From the NCBI GenBank assembly GCA_050950825.1, contig JBMNIH010000009.1, positions 1-64,000 of the forward strand: 64,000 nt of DNA, given 5' to 3'. The position numbers were made by a program, and so were the translations under genes. Numbering within the stretch: position 1 is the stretch's first letter; every line of letters begins with the position of its first letter. Origin of the DNA: Clostridia bacterium. GTDB taxonomy: Bacteria > Bacillota > Clostridia > JAAYHZ01. Positions 34,775 to 43,802 of the stretch are shown here, one piece after another. A model generated the notes under the pieces. The model was not told the DNA's origin and searched no databases. It saw nothing but the letters and a program-made list of their open reading frames with translations.

Positions 34775-34977
34775 ACAATCTCCGCTCGTCTGAAAACAAA
34801 ATTAGCGGCGTCAAAGAATGTGGTTCTCTTAGCCGTTCGCCATACCTATTATAACCGTCCGGGAGAAGGTTTACAAGAAATTCATATACAAGATATTTTC
34901 ACGAACTTTTCAAATTGCAGTTGCACGAAAAACCGTTTATGCTATAATGTACTAAAATATTCTTACGGAGAGCAACG

Positions 34978-35403
34978 ATGATTTCAGGCGGCGGCGTTCC
35001 CGGAAGCAAAACGGTGGCAAAAATAGCGATTGAAATGGCTTTATCCGAAACCCGAGAACAAGAAAATATCATAAAGGAACGGTACGCAAAAGAAGGTATT
35101 TTGTGTGCGGCGGCGGAATACGGCGGGGAATTCTTAAATTCCGTCATGAAGATTGTCGAAAGAGCCGTCGTTGCCGCAAAGAGAGAAAACCTGATTCGTC
35201 CCTCTCATGCGGAAGAAGGGGCGGTTGCAGGTGCCACCCGAGAAGCGTTGAGCCAGATTATGCCGAAAGCAATCGGCTTGAATATCGGCGGGAAAATCGG
35301 TATTGCGCGCTACCAAGATCATATCACGGTTGCCATTTTCGTAGGAATCGGTCTTCTGCACTTGAATGAAGTGGCCATCGGCCTCGGTCATCGCGTGATA
35401 TGA
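34978..35403 (+). CDS. hutP: HutP family protein
   Basis: ERAVVAAKRE, HAEEGAVAGATREAL, GIGLLHLNEVAIGLGHR. Confidence 0.85.
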   Translation: MISGGGVPGSKTVAKIAIEMALSETREQENIIKERYAKEGILCAAAEYGGEFLNSVMKIVERAVVAAKRENLIRPSHAEEGAVAGATREALSQIMPKAIGLNIGGKIGIARYQDHITVAIFVGIGLLHLNEVAIGLGHRVI

Positions 35404-35485
35404 CAGTATAAAAATTTGAAATTTATATACAATACGTAATAAATCGAATCATTGTAAAAGTACGATTTTACTTGAAGGAGATTGA

Positions 35486-36163
35486 ATGAAATACACCATA
35501 GCCATTGACGGACCTGCCGGGGCAGGAAAAAGCACGATAGCAAAATTGTTGGCTTCCGAACTCAATATTCTCTACTTGGATACCGGAGCGATGTACAGAG
35601 CCGTCGGATTAAAAGCTCTCCGAGAAAACATTGATATAAAGGATACGGAAAAAATCGACGAAATGATTAAAAACATCGATATTCAAGTTCGCTACATTGA
35701 CGGTAAGCAGCATACGTATTTGGACGGCGAAGACGTTACCCACAAGATCAGAACTCCCGAGGTATCTTTAGCGGCGTCAAACGTTGCCGTCATTAAAAGC
35801 GTACGTCTTAAGATGGTAGAACTGCAGCGTGAAATTGCTAAAGACATGTCCGTTATCATGGACGGTCGGGATATCGGAACCTATGTATTGCCGAATGCTC
35901 CTTTCAAATTTTTCATTACGGCTACACCGGAGGAAAGAGCAAGAAGAAGATACTTGGAAATGAAAGAAAGCGGCGAAAAAAATGTCGATTATGATATAAT
36001 ATTAAAAGATATTAAATATCGCGATGAAAATGACAGCACAAGAGCTTTTGCTCCATTAAAAAAAGCGGATGATGCCATATTGGTCGATAACACCTTTATG
36101 ACGGTGGAAGAAACATTAAGCAAAATTCTTAGTCATATTAAAGGAGACGGAGTAAATCAGTAA
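35486..36163 (+). CDS. cmk: Cytidylate kinase
   Basis: IAIDGPAGAGKST, DTGAMYRA, MDGRDIGT. Confidence 0.96.
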   Translation: MKYTIAIDGPAGAGKSTIAKLLASELNILYLDTGAMYRAVGLKALRENIDIKDTEKIDEMIKNIDIQVRYIDGKQHTYLDGEDVTHKIRTPEVSLAASNVAVIKSVRLKMVELQREIAKDMSVIMDGRDIGTYVLPNAPFKFFITATPEERARRRYLEMKESGEKNVDYDIILKDIKYRDENDSTRAFAPLKKADDAILVDNTFMTVEETLSKILSHIKGDGVNQ

Positions 36164-36757
36164 GTGAGGCGTTTTATCAAAGGACTTGCGACGATTTTCG
36201 TCGGCTTGTTATACAGGGTAAAAGTTCAAGGACTTGAAAATATCGATAATAACCGGCCCTATCTATTGTGTGCAAACCATACCAGTATCATGGATTTGCT
36301 GTTTATCCAAGTCAAATTAAAAAGATGGGTCTATTGGATGGCAAAGAAAGAATTGTTCAAGAACCCTCTCTTTGGAAAATTTCTCGAAAAACTCGGAGCC
36401 TTCCCCGTGGAAAGAGGCAAGGCCGATTTGTCTGCGCTGCGAAAAGCTTTGAAAATCTTGAATGAAGGCCACATTTGCGGTGTTTTCCCGGAAGGTACCC
36501 GACAAAACCAACATGTCGGAGAAGAATTGAAGCCTAAATCCGGAGCGGCTTTTATTGCGTACAAAGCCGGTGTAAATATATTGCCCGTATACATTACCCC
36601 GAATCATCGTCCTTTTAGCACGGTGCATATCGTTATCGGCAAACCGTTCGCCATCGAAAGAGAGAAAAACCACGAGAACGGCAACGGAGCGGCACTGAAA
36701 GAGAATGCTCGATACATCATGGATCGAATTTATGCTCTTAAGGAGAATATTATATGA
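36164..36757 (+). CDS. plsC: 1-acyl-sn-glycerol-3-phosphate acyltransferase
   Basis: NHTSIMD (HX4D), MAKKELF, FPEGTR. Confidence 0.92.
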   Translation: MRRFIKGLATIFVGLLYRVKVQGLENIDNNRPYLLCANHTSIMDLLFIQVKLKRWVYWMAKKELFKNPLFGKFLEKLGAFPVERGKADLSALRKALKILNEGHICGVFPEGTRQNQHVGEELKPKSGAAFIAYKAGVNILPVYITPNHRPFSTVHIVIGKPFAIEREKNHENGNGAALKENARYIMDRIYALKENII

Positions 36758-39114
36758 ATATAATCGTATCCGAGCATGCCGGATTTTGCTTCGGTGTCAA
36801 AAACGCCGTAAAAAAAGCATTGGAAGAAGCGGAAAAACAAAAAAAACCCATACATACCTTAGGCCAGCTCATTCACAATAATACGACGATAAAGGATTTG
36901 GAGAACCGTGGGATTTATGCCGTAAACCGGCTTGATGAACTTAAACCGGGGGATACAGTGATTATTCGTGCCCACGGCATTCCGGAGAAAACCGAAGCGG
37001 AATTAAAAGAAAAGCAAATTCATATAATCGATGCCACCTGTCCTTTTGTGAAAAAAATTCACCGTTTGGCAGTGGAAAATTACAACAAGGGGAGGAAAAT
37101 CGTTATTATCGGGGATGCTAACCATCCTGAGGTTATCGGCATAAACGGATGGTGCGGTGACAGCGCCGTGATCATCAACAGCTTGGAAGACGCACAAAAT
37201 GTTAAAGAGAGCTTGAACAATGCCGTTGTCGTGGTGCAAACCACGTATAACGTAAACTTATATAAAGAAATAAAAAATTATTTAAATAAAACGTACGAAA
37301 ACATTGATTTTTATGATACAATATGTAATACTACCATAGGTAGACAAGAGAATGCCCGCAAAATAGCCTCTAATGCTGATATGATGTTGGTAATCGGCAG
37401 TCATCACAGCGCAAATTCCCAACAACTGTTTAATATTTGCAAAGGAGAATGTGTGCATACATATCTTGTTGAGTCTGCGGATGATATTCCGCATGATATT
37501 ATAAATGAAAACATTAAAAATATTGGGATTACTGCGGGTGCATCAACGCCTGATAAAGTAATCAAGGAGGTAATTGGACGCATGGAAGAGTTGAACAAAC
37601 AGGGGATCGAAACAGTTGAGGCTGCAAGCGTAGTTGATACTCCTGAGAGCAAAGAAAGCGGTGAAAAGAATTTCTTTGAGGAAGCTCTCGAAGATTCCCT
37701 TGTTACAGTGAGGACCGGTCAAGTTGTAAAAGGCAGGATAATCAGTTATAACACCCAAGCACAAGAAGTTTACGTGGATCTGGGTTTCAAAATTGACGGA
37801 ACCATACCCTTCAGTGAATATACTGATGACAGCGACTTTGATCCGGAGAAGGACATTAAAGAAGGACAAGAAATTGAAGTTCTTGTCATACGTGTGAACG
37901 AAAGCGAAGGCAACGTTTTATTGTCCAAGAAGAAAGTGGATAATAAAAGAAAGTGGAAGCTCATAGAAAACGCCCACAAAAAACAAGAGGTTGTCACCGT
38001 TAAGGTGAAAGAGGTCATTAAAGGCGGTTTGCTGGCCGTATACGAAGGACAGGAAGTCTTTATTCCTGCATCTCAAGTTAGCGATAGGTTTATTCGCAAC
38101 TTAAACAAATACGTAAATAACGATTTGGATATTAGAATTATTGAATTGAACAAAAGACGCAAAAAGGTCGTCGGTTCCTCAAGAGTTCTGATTGAAGAAG
38201 AAAAAGCAAGAGTCGAAAAAGAAGTTTGGGATAATATCGAAGTAGGAAAAGTATACAACGGTATCGTAAAAAGCATAACTGACTTTGGTGTATTCGTAGA
38301 CATTGGCGGTATTGACGGTTTGGTTCACATCTCCGAGCTGTCTTGGTCAAAGATTAATCATCCTTCCGAAGTGGTTAAAAAAGGCCAAGCGATGGAAGTA
38401 TTCGTTTTGGATTTCGATAGAGAAGCGAACAGGATTTCTTTAGGCTATCGCAAAGAAGAAGATAATCCTTGGTATAACGCTGAACAAAAATATGCCGTAG
38501 GTACAATTGTGGAAGGTAAGGTTGTTCGAATCGTTCCTTTCGGTGCATTTATAGAAATAGCCGAAGGTGTTGACGGACTGGTACACATATCGCAGATATC
38601 CACTGTTCGAATCAATAAAGTGGAAGACGTACTTACAGTCGGAATGAATGTGAAGGCCAAGATTATCGAAAATGATGTCGAAAACAAGAAGATCAGTTTA
38701 AGCATTAAAGAAGTAAGTCCTATCGAACCTCCTTATGCCCAAGAAATTATTAACGATAATATAGATTTTGCAGGTGATGAAGCGAATTACAAAACCGATC
38801 GCGCTGAAAAATTCGAAAAGAGTGAAAAAGTTGAAAAAACCGATAAATCGGATAAATTCGATCGTTTTGAAAGAGCTGAAAGAAATATTCGCGCAGCAGC
38901 GAACAAGCCGAAGGATTACAAGAAAATGATCGACGAAGAATCCACGGAATATAAACGTGAATTCAAGAAACCCGCTCGTGAAAGAAAAGACTTTAAAGAT
39001 ATGCCCGAAGCGGTGCTGGAACACAAAGAAGAATTGGAAAATAAGATCGGTGATTTGCTGCAGGGATTGAACCTAAGCTTCGTAACTGCAGACGAAGAAG
39101 AGAACAAAAACTAA
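36754..39114 (+). CDS. ispH: Fused 4-hydroxy-3-methylbut-2-enyl diphosphate reductase / ribosomal protein S1
   Basis: AGFCFGV, IDATCPFV, TICNTT, ITAGASTP followed by four S1 repeats (FGVFVDIGGIDGLVHISE) and a charged tail. Confidence 0.93.
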   Translation: MNIIVSEHAGFCFGVKNAVKKALEEAEKQKKPIHTLGQLIHNNTTIKDLENRGIYAVNRLDELKPGDTVIIRAHGIPEKTEAELKEKQIHIIDATCPFVKKIHRLAVENYNKGRKIVIIGDANHPEVIGINGWCGDSAVIINSLEDAQNVKESLNNAVVVVQTTYNVNLYKEIKNYLNKTYENIDFYDTICNTTIGRQENARKIASNADMMLVIGSHHSANSQQLFNICKGECVHTYLVESADDIPHDIINENIKNIGITAGASTPDKVIKEVIGRMEELNKQGIETVEAASVVDTPESKESGEKNFFEEALEDSLVTVRTGQVVKGRIISYNTQAQEVYVDLGFKIDGTIPFSEYTDDSDFDPEKDIKEGQEIEVLVIRVNESEGNVLLSKKKVDNKRKWKLIENAHKKQEVVTVKVKEVIKGGLLAVYEGQEVFIPASQVSDRFIRNLNKYVNNDLDIRIIELNKRRKKVVGSSRVLIEEEKARVEKEVWDNIEVGKVYNGIVKSITDFGVFVDIGGIDGLVHISELSWSKINHPSEVVKKGQAMEVFVLDFDREANRISLGYRKEEDNPWYNAEQKYAVGTIVEGKVVRIVPFGAFIEIAEGVDGLVHISQISTVRINKVEDVLTVGMNVKAKIIENDVENKKISLSIKEVSPIEPPYAQEIINDNIDFAGDEANYKTDRAEKFEKSEKVEKTDKSDKFDRFERAERNIRAAANKPKDYKKMIDEESTEYKREFKKPARERKDFKDMPEAVLEHKEELENKIGDLLQGLNLSFVTADEEENKN

Positions 39115-39131
39115 AAAAAGAATTTATCACT

Positions 39132-39160
39132 TTCAGAGGGGCATTACGCTCCTCTGAATT
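39132..39160 (+). terminator. Probable terminator after ispH-rpsA
   Basis: TTCAGAGG...CCTCTGAA hairpin. Confidence 0.6.
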
Positions 39161-39221
39161 GTTATTTAGACAAAAAACGAGTGCATCTCGCTTTTATTTT
39201 TCTAAAAAAGAGGTATAACAT

Positions 39222-39374
39222 ATGAAAACACTTGAGGAAATGAACAGGGAAGAGCTCTTGGAAATCATTGAAGTAAAAAATCAAATTATCAAAGAATTAG
39301 AGACGGAAATTGCACTTTATCAAAAACTTATTGAAGAGATCAAGAATAAATATATAGAAAACAATAGAAAATAA
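39222..39374 (+). CDS. Small 50-aa putative coiled-coil protein (not in the ORF track)
   Basis: ATG preceded by AGAGGT; MKTLEEMNREELLEIIEVKNQIIKELETEIALYQKLIEEIKNKYIENNRK. Confidence 0.6.
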   Translation: MKTLEEMNREELLEIIEVKNQIIKELETEIALYQKLIEEIKNKYIENNRK

Positions 39375-39487
39375 AACCGGCATTTTGATGACAACAACCG
39401 GTCAGCGATGAAGGATCGATGATGGATGGAATTCGAATAAAAAGGGAAATAAAAAAGGCTTCGATTGTATCCGAAGCCCTCATATAT

Positions 39488-39574
39488 TGGTGCGAGAGAC
39501 GGGAGTCGAACCCGTACGCCCTTGCGAGCACTAGAACCTGAATCTAGCGAGTCTGCCAATTCCACCACTCTCGC
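39488..39574 (-). tRNA. tRNA-Leu (CAG)
   Basis: Minus strand GCGAGAG...CTAGA-TTCAGGT-TCTAG, long variable arm, GGTTCGACTCC, CCA end. Confidence 0.95.
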
Positions 39575-39653
39575 AAATCAACAAGCAGATTATACAATAA
39601 AGATTTAAATTATTCAAGAGGTAATGTAAAGAAATATTTTTACGAGGTACTTT

Positions 39654-41045
39654 ATGACGAAGCGTTTTGAACATTATTTATATTCATTGAAAAATAAAAA
39701 AATAGCCGTTTTGGGGATGGGAATCAGCAATCGTCCTTTGGTGGACTTCTTTTATGAAAATGACATCTATCCGGATTTATTCGATAAAAACGAAGACGAA
39801 GCTCTGCATAAAAAGTATCATATTCCCGGAAAAAACCGCGTTTTTTTAGGACACGATTACATGTCCTATTGCAAAGGGTATGATTTGATATTCAAAACGC
39901 CTTCCATGCGCCCGGATCTGCCGGAATTGATAGCCGAAAGAGAACGCGGTGCAAAAATCACATCGGAGATAAATGAATTTTTAAAATTCTGTCCTTGTAA
40001 AACCTTCGGCATTACCGGTAGCGACGGGAAAAGCACCACAACCACCATTATCGCTAAGATGCTGGAGGCGGAAGGATATAAGGTTTGGTTAGGCGGAAAC
40101 TTAGGAACTCCTCTTTTCAATTGTCTTCCGAAAATAAAAGAGGATCACATGGCCGTTTTGGAATTATCCAGTTTTCAGTTGATGACCACGGAAGTCAGCC
40201 CGAATGTAGCCGTCATAACCAATATCACACCGAACCACTTGGATATTCATAAGGATTTTGATGAGTATATACAAGCCAAGAAAAATATATTACGTTATCA
40301 GAAAAAGAATGATAAAGCCGTTCTTAATATGGATAACAAGATAACAAAAGAGTTCTACGAAGATTATGAAAACGAAGCCATAGGCTTTTGTAAGCACCAA
40401 GACTGCGTTAGCTGCATTTGCTATGTGGACGGAGTGATTTGCAAGATTGATAAAATGCATAACCGAATGGTATTGCTTGAAGCGGATCGTATAAGATTAC
40501 CCGGAATTCACAATATCGAAAACTATATGGCTGCATGCGGTGCGGTCTTAGATGACGTTTGTATCAACAGTATTCAATCGGTAGCTTATTCGTTCAAAGG
40601 AGTGGAGCATCGAAGAGAAGAGGTTCGGACCGTAAACGGTCGAACTTTTTACAACGATTCGATTGCCAGCAGTCCCACAAGGACAAAAGCGACTTTATCC
40701 ACATTTAAAAATAAAGTGATTCTCATTGCCGGAGGAAAGGACAAAAAGAACGACTACTCCATTGTAGCGGAGGATTTGTGCAATAAGGTTAAAGTGTTGA
40801 TTCTGACGGGACAAACGGCCCAAGCCATCGAGGATGCGGTCAAACGATACATGGAAGAAAACCGGATAGAAGGACCGAAAATATACCGTTTCGATGATTT
40901 TGAAAAAGCCGTAAGGTTTTCCTATGAAATTTCGGAGCCCGGTGACGAGATTTTGCTTTCTCCTGCGAGCACCAGCTTTGATCGGTTTAAGAATTTTGAA
41001 GAAAGAGGAAATTATTTTAAAGAAATCGTTGAAAAGCTTTCGTAA
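39654..41045 (+). CDS. murD: UDP-N-acetylmuramoyl-L-alanine--D-glutamate ligase
   Basis: GITGSDGKSTT, GGNLG, LELSSFQL, NHLD, EHR, LLSPASTSFDRFKNFEERG. Confidence 0.95.
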   Translation: MTKRFEHYLYSLKNKKIAVLGMGISNRPLVDFFYENDIYPDLFDKNEDEALHKKYHIPGKNRVFLGHDYMSYCKGYDLIFKTPSMRPDLPELIAERERGAKITSEINEFLKFCPCKTFGITGSDGKSTTTTIIAKMLEAEGYKVWLGGNLGTPLFNCLPKIKEDHMAVLELSSFQLMTTEVSPNVAVITNITPNHLDIHKDFDEYIQAKKNILRYQKKNDKAVLNMDNKITKEFYEDYENEAIGFCKHQDCVSCICYVDGVICKIDKMHNRMVLLEADRIRLPGIHNIENYMAACGAVLDDVCINSIQSVAYSFKGVEHRREEVRTVNGRTFYNDSIASSPTRTKATLSTFKNKVILIAGGKDKKNDYSIVAEDLCNKVKVLILTGQTAQAIEDAVKRYMEENRIEGPKIYRFDDFEKAVRFSYEISEPGDEILLSPASTSFDRFKNFEERGNYFKEIVEKLS

Positions 41046-41082
41046 CATCGTCAACCAAGCTTCATAAAAGAAAAATTTCCGG

Positions 41083-41111
41083 TTGACTTCTCTTTCGTAT
41101 TTTTGTATACT
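41083..41111 (+). promoter_or_regulatory. Sigma-A promoter of tRNA-Phe/Tyr
   Basis: TTGACT-N17-TATACT. Confidence 0.8.
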
Positions 41112-41129
41112 GTCAAAGGTAAGCGATTC

Positions 41130-41205
<76 letters not shown>

Positions 41206-41210
41206 TATGC

Positions 41211-41295
41211 GGAGGAATTCCCGAGCGGCCAAAGGGGGCAGACTGTAAATCTGTTGGCAGTGCCTTCGGTGGTTCGAATCCACCTTCCTCCACCA
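41211..41295 (+). tRNA. tRNA-Tyr (GTA)
   Basis: GGAGGAA...GCAGA-CTGTAAA-TCTGT, variable arm, GGTTCGAATCC...CCA. Confidence 0.97.
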
Positions 41296-41296
41296 A

Positions 41297-41328
41297 AAAA
41301 GACTGTCGATGAATGTCGACAGTCTTTT
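41297..41328. terminator. Bidirectional terminator after the tRNAs
   Basis: AAAAGACTGTCGA-loop-TCGACAGTCTTTT. Confidence 0.8.
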
Positions 41329-42484
41329 GCATAATACGAGAAATTTTTCGAGATATTATCGATCTTAGTATTTCGTATCTTTGGCAAAGGGGCGATATTT
41401 GTCCAAAACCGCTTTGAACCAATCCATGTTACGGACTTCATCGTAAAATTTGTTTGTGTCAATGTAGTCCGGCACCCGCTTGATTTCGTTGCCTTCGTAA
41501 CCCGAATATACTGTTGATTTATCAAATACATGGTCTTTGACCAAAATGGAAACGTGTACGGTTTTCGTCGGCAGCTCGTCGTACATTTTACCGTGGAAGA
41601 GCCCCAAGTCCAAGTATTTCGCCGCATTTACATAATCCTTTAGCATAATGTATCGATTGGCGATATAGATGTACAGCTCGCATAAATGATAGTGGTTAAA
41701 TCCGTAGTCGGATTGATCATAAATCAAACGAAGCAAGTCAACGGCTTTTTCGAAAATATTTATTTGCTCATCCGGTGGTGATGATGTGTACAAAGCGATG
41801 TTTCGAATTTTTATAACCAACATATAAGTTAATTGATTGATGTTGCTTCGTACGACTTCGAACCATTTATCGCTTCCTCTGTCGTAAATTTCCTCAAGTT
41901 CTTCCTCTTGAGAATAACCATAGGTGGGAAAACGATTGTTGTATTCGAGGGCCTTCTCCGTATCTCCTTTATCACTGTATAGACTGCTTAGCATAGACAA
42001 GGCGGAATAATGAACGGAATCCAAAGGACATTCGTCCAAGATTCGATTGCAAAGATAAAACAATTCGTCCTCATTGGCAAGAGGAACATAGTTGCCGTTT
42101 TCATCGAAATTATTAGGCGCATTGTAATACAAGCCGAAAATATACTTTTCCATGATTCGGTAATCGTTCGGATATTCGTAATAGGCTTTTCGGATAAAGT
42201 CAAATGATTTATTTTCTTTACCTAAGTTCTTCAAGCGCGTGTATTCGGACAAGATTTCGTCGATTTTTTCTTGTTTTTTCGACAAATCAACGCCTAACAA
42301 TTCGTCCGTCGTCACATTGAAAAAATTCGCCAAAACGGGAAGCATGGAAATGTCGGGTAAAGCCGTGAACGGCGCATTTCATGCGCCGCCGTTGACAGTC
42401 CCGCCCGTCTTTGCTAAAGGGTAATCAAGGCGGGAAAGCCCTAAAATGGCTTCACACCTATTTCAATAATTGGAGGAGATAAAA

Positions 42485-43351
42485 ATGAGATCAGAAAAGG
42501 AAGTTTATGATATTGTTTTGAATTTTGCAAAAACAGACAAACGCATTCGCATGGTTACTTTGGAAGGATCTAGAACAAATACAAATATTCCGCCTGATGA
42601 TTTTCAGGATTTTGATATTACTTTTTTTGTTACGGATATGGACAGCTTCACAAGTGATGATAAATGGCTAGATATATTTGGTGAAAGGTTGATTCTGCAA
42701 AAGCCGGAAGATATGGAATTATTTCCAGCTGTAGAAAAGGGATTTTCATATTTAATGCTGTTTACTGATGATGTTAAGATAGATTTAACTTTGCTGCCGC
42801 TGGAACTGATAGACGAGTATTTTACATGGGATAAACTGGTAAAGTTACTGTTGGATAAAGACAACCGTATCGTAAAGCCGCCAATACCAACGGATATAGA
42901 CTACCACTTGCAGAAGCCTACTCAAAGAATGTTTGACGATTGCTGTAATGAATTTTGGAATACTACAACATATGTAGTAAAGGGCTTATGCCGCAAAGAA
43001 ATTCTTTTTGCTATTGACCATATGAATGATATAGTACGAAAAGAATTGCTTCGCATGATTTCCTGGCTGATTGGTATCAAACAGGGATTTCATTTCAGTT
43101 TGGGAAAAAACTATAAATTTATGAAGCAATATGTCCCAGAGGAATTGTGGGAACGACTTATGTCCACTTATAATATGGATTCCTATCCCCATATGTGGGA
43201 ATCCTTTGAACAATGTATGGCATTGTTCCGGGAGGTTTCGTCAGAAGTGGCATGCCAGTTGGATTACCAGTATCCACTATATGATGAAAAAATCAGTAAT
43301 TATGTGATTCGGCAAAAGAAAAAATATGGCATTGAAGATGATAACAAATAA
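42485..43351 (+). CDS. aadE: Aminoglycoside 6-adenylyltransferase ANT(6) (streptomycin resistance)
   Basis: MRSEKE...LEGSRTN...DDFQDFDI...KIDLTL...LLDKD...CCNEFW...GKNYKF, 288 aa; RBS GGAGG. From memory it resembles the mobile aadE/ant(6)-Ia allele; not database-checked. Confidence 0.93.
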   Translation: MRSEKEVYDIVLNFAKTDKRIRMVTLEGSRTNTNIPPDDFQDFDITFFVTDMDSFTSDDKWLDIFGERLILQKPEDMELFPAVEKGFSYLMLFTDDVKIDLTLLPLELIDEYFTWDKLVKLLLDKDNRIVKPPIPTDIDYHLQKPTQRMFDDCCNEFWNTTTYVVKGLCRKEILFAIDHMNDIVRKELLRMISWLIGIKQGFHFSLGKNYKFMKQYVPEELWERLMSTYNMDSYPHMWESFEQCMALFREVSSEVACQLDYQYPLYDEKISNYVIRQKKKYGIEDDNK

Positions 43352-43469
43352 AATTTTTTCAATCGAAAAAATTTATTTTGATTATTCAATTTTGAAAAAC
43401 TGAATACCTCAAAATCAGAAAGAGCGCGGCCAAGCACTTTGAGGGATTGGCCGCCTTGTCCACCCATCC

Positions 43470-43546
43470 AGCGGGACGGCGGGCGGCGGTCAAGGCCGGG
43501 TGTAAACCCGTTCATTTCAGCCTTGACGGTTGCCCGCTGTCCTGCT
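43470..43546. repeat. Long GC-rich imperfect inverted repeat (GTCAAGGC/GCCTTGAC core), possible single-strand origin or promoter
   Basis: AGCGGGACGGCGGGCGGC-GGTCAAGGC...GCCTTGAC-GGTTGCCCGCTGTCCTGCT. Confidence 0.7.
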
Positions 43547-43764
43547 ACTTTTCCGGGAGTGTGGCCACAACTTCGGGACACTTTGTCCACAAGTCGGAGC
43601 GTAGGACGAGGAACGGGGGCTTTCATATACGCCCTGTCTGCTGATGAAACCAGACCTGCGCTTGCGGCTCCACGCCACGCAAGCACAGCCCTGTTTTCCT
43701 GCCGCTTCAAATGCCCTTGCCCTCCCCGGCGGCAACGGCATTTTCACGGCAACGCCGACAGAGC

Positions 43765-43802
43765 GTATAACACACTACACTTTGCTTCGCAAAGTCGTGT
43801 GC
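43765..43802 (-). other. MOBV (pMV158/RSA-type) origin of transfer
   Basis: Minus strand GCACACGACTTTGC-GAA-GCAAAGTGTAGTGTG^TTATAC: inverted repeat plus the conserved TAGTGTG/TTA nic motif; predicted nick between 43771 and 43770. Confidence 0.8.

Noticed and set aside
34978-39114. hutP without hut genes, and the IspH-S1 fusion, as novelties
   Set aside because: Both are familiar arrangements in Clostridia.
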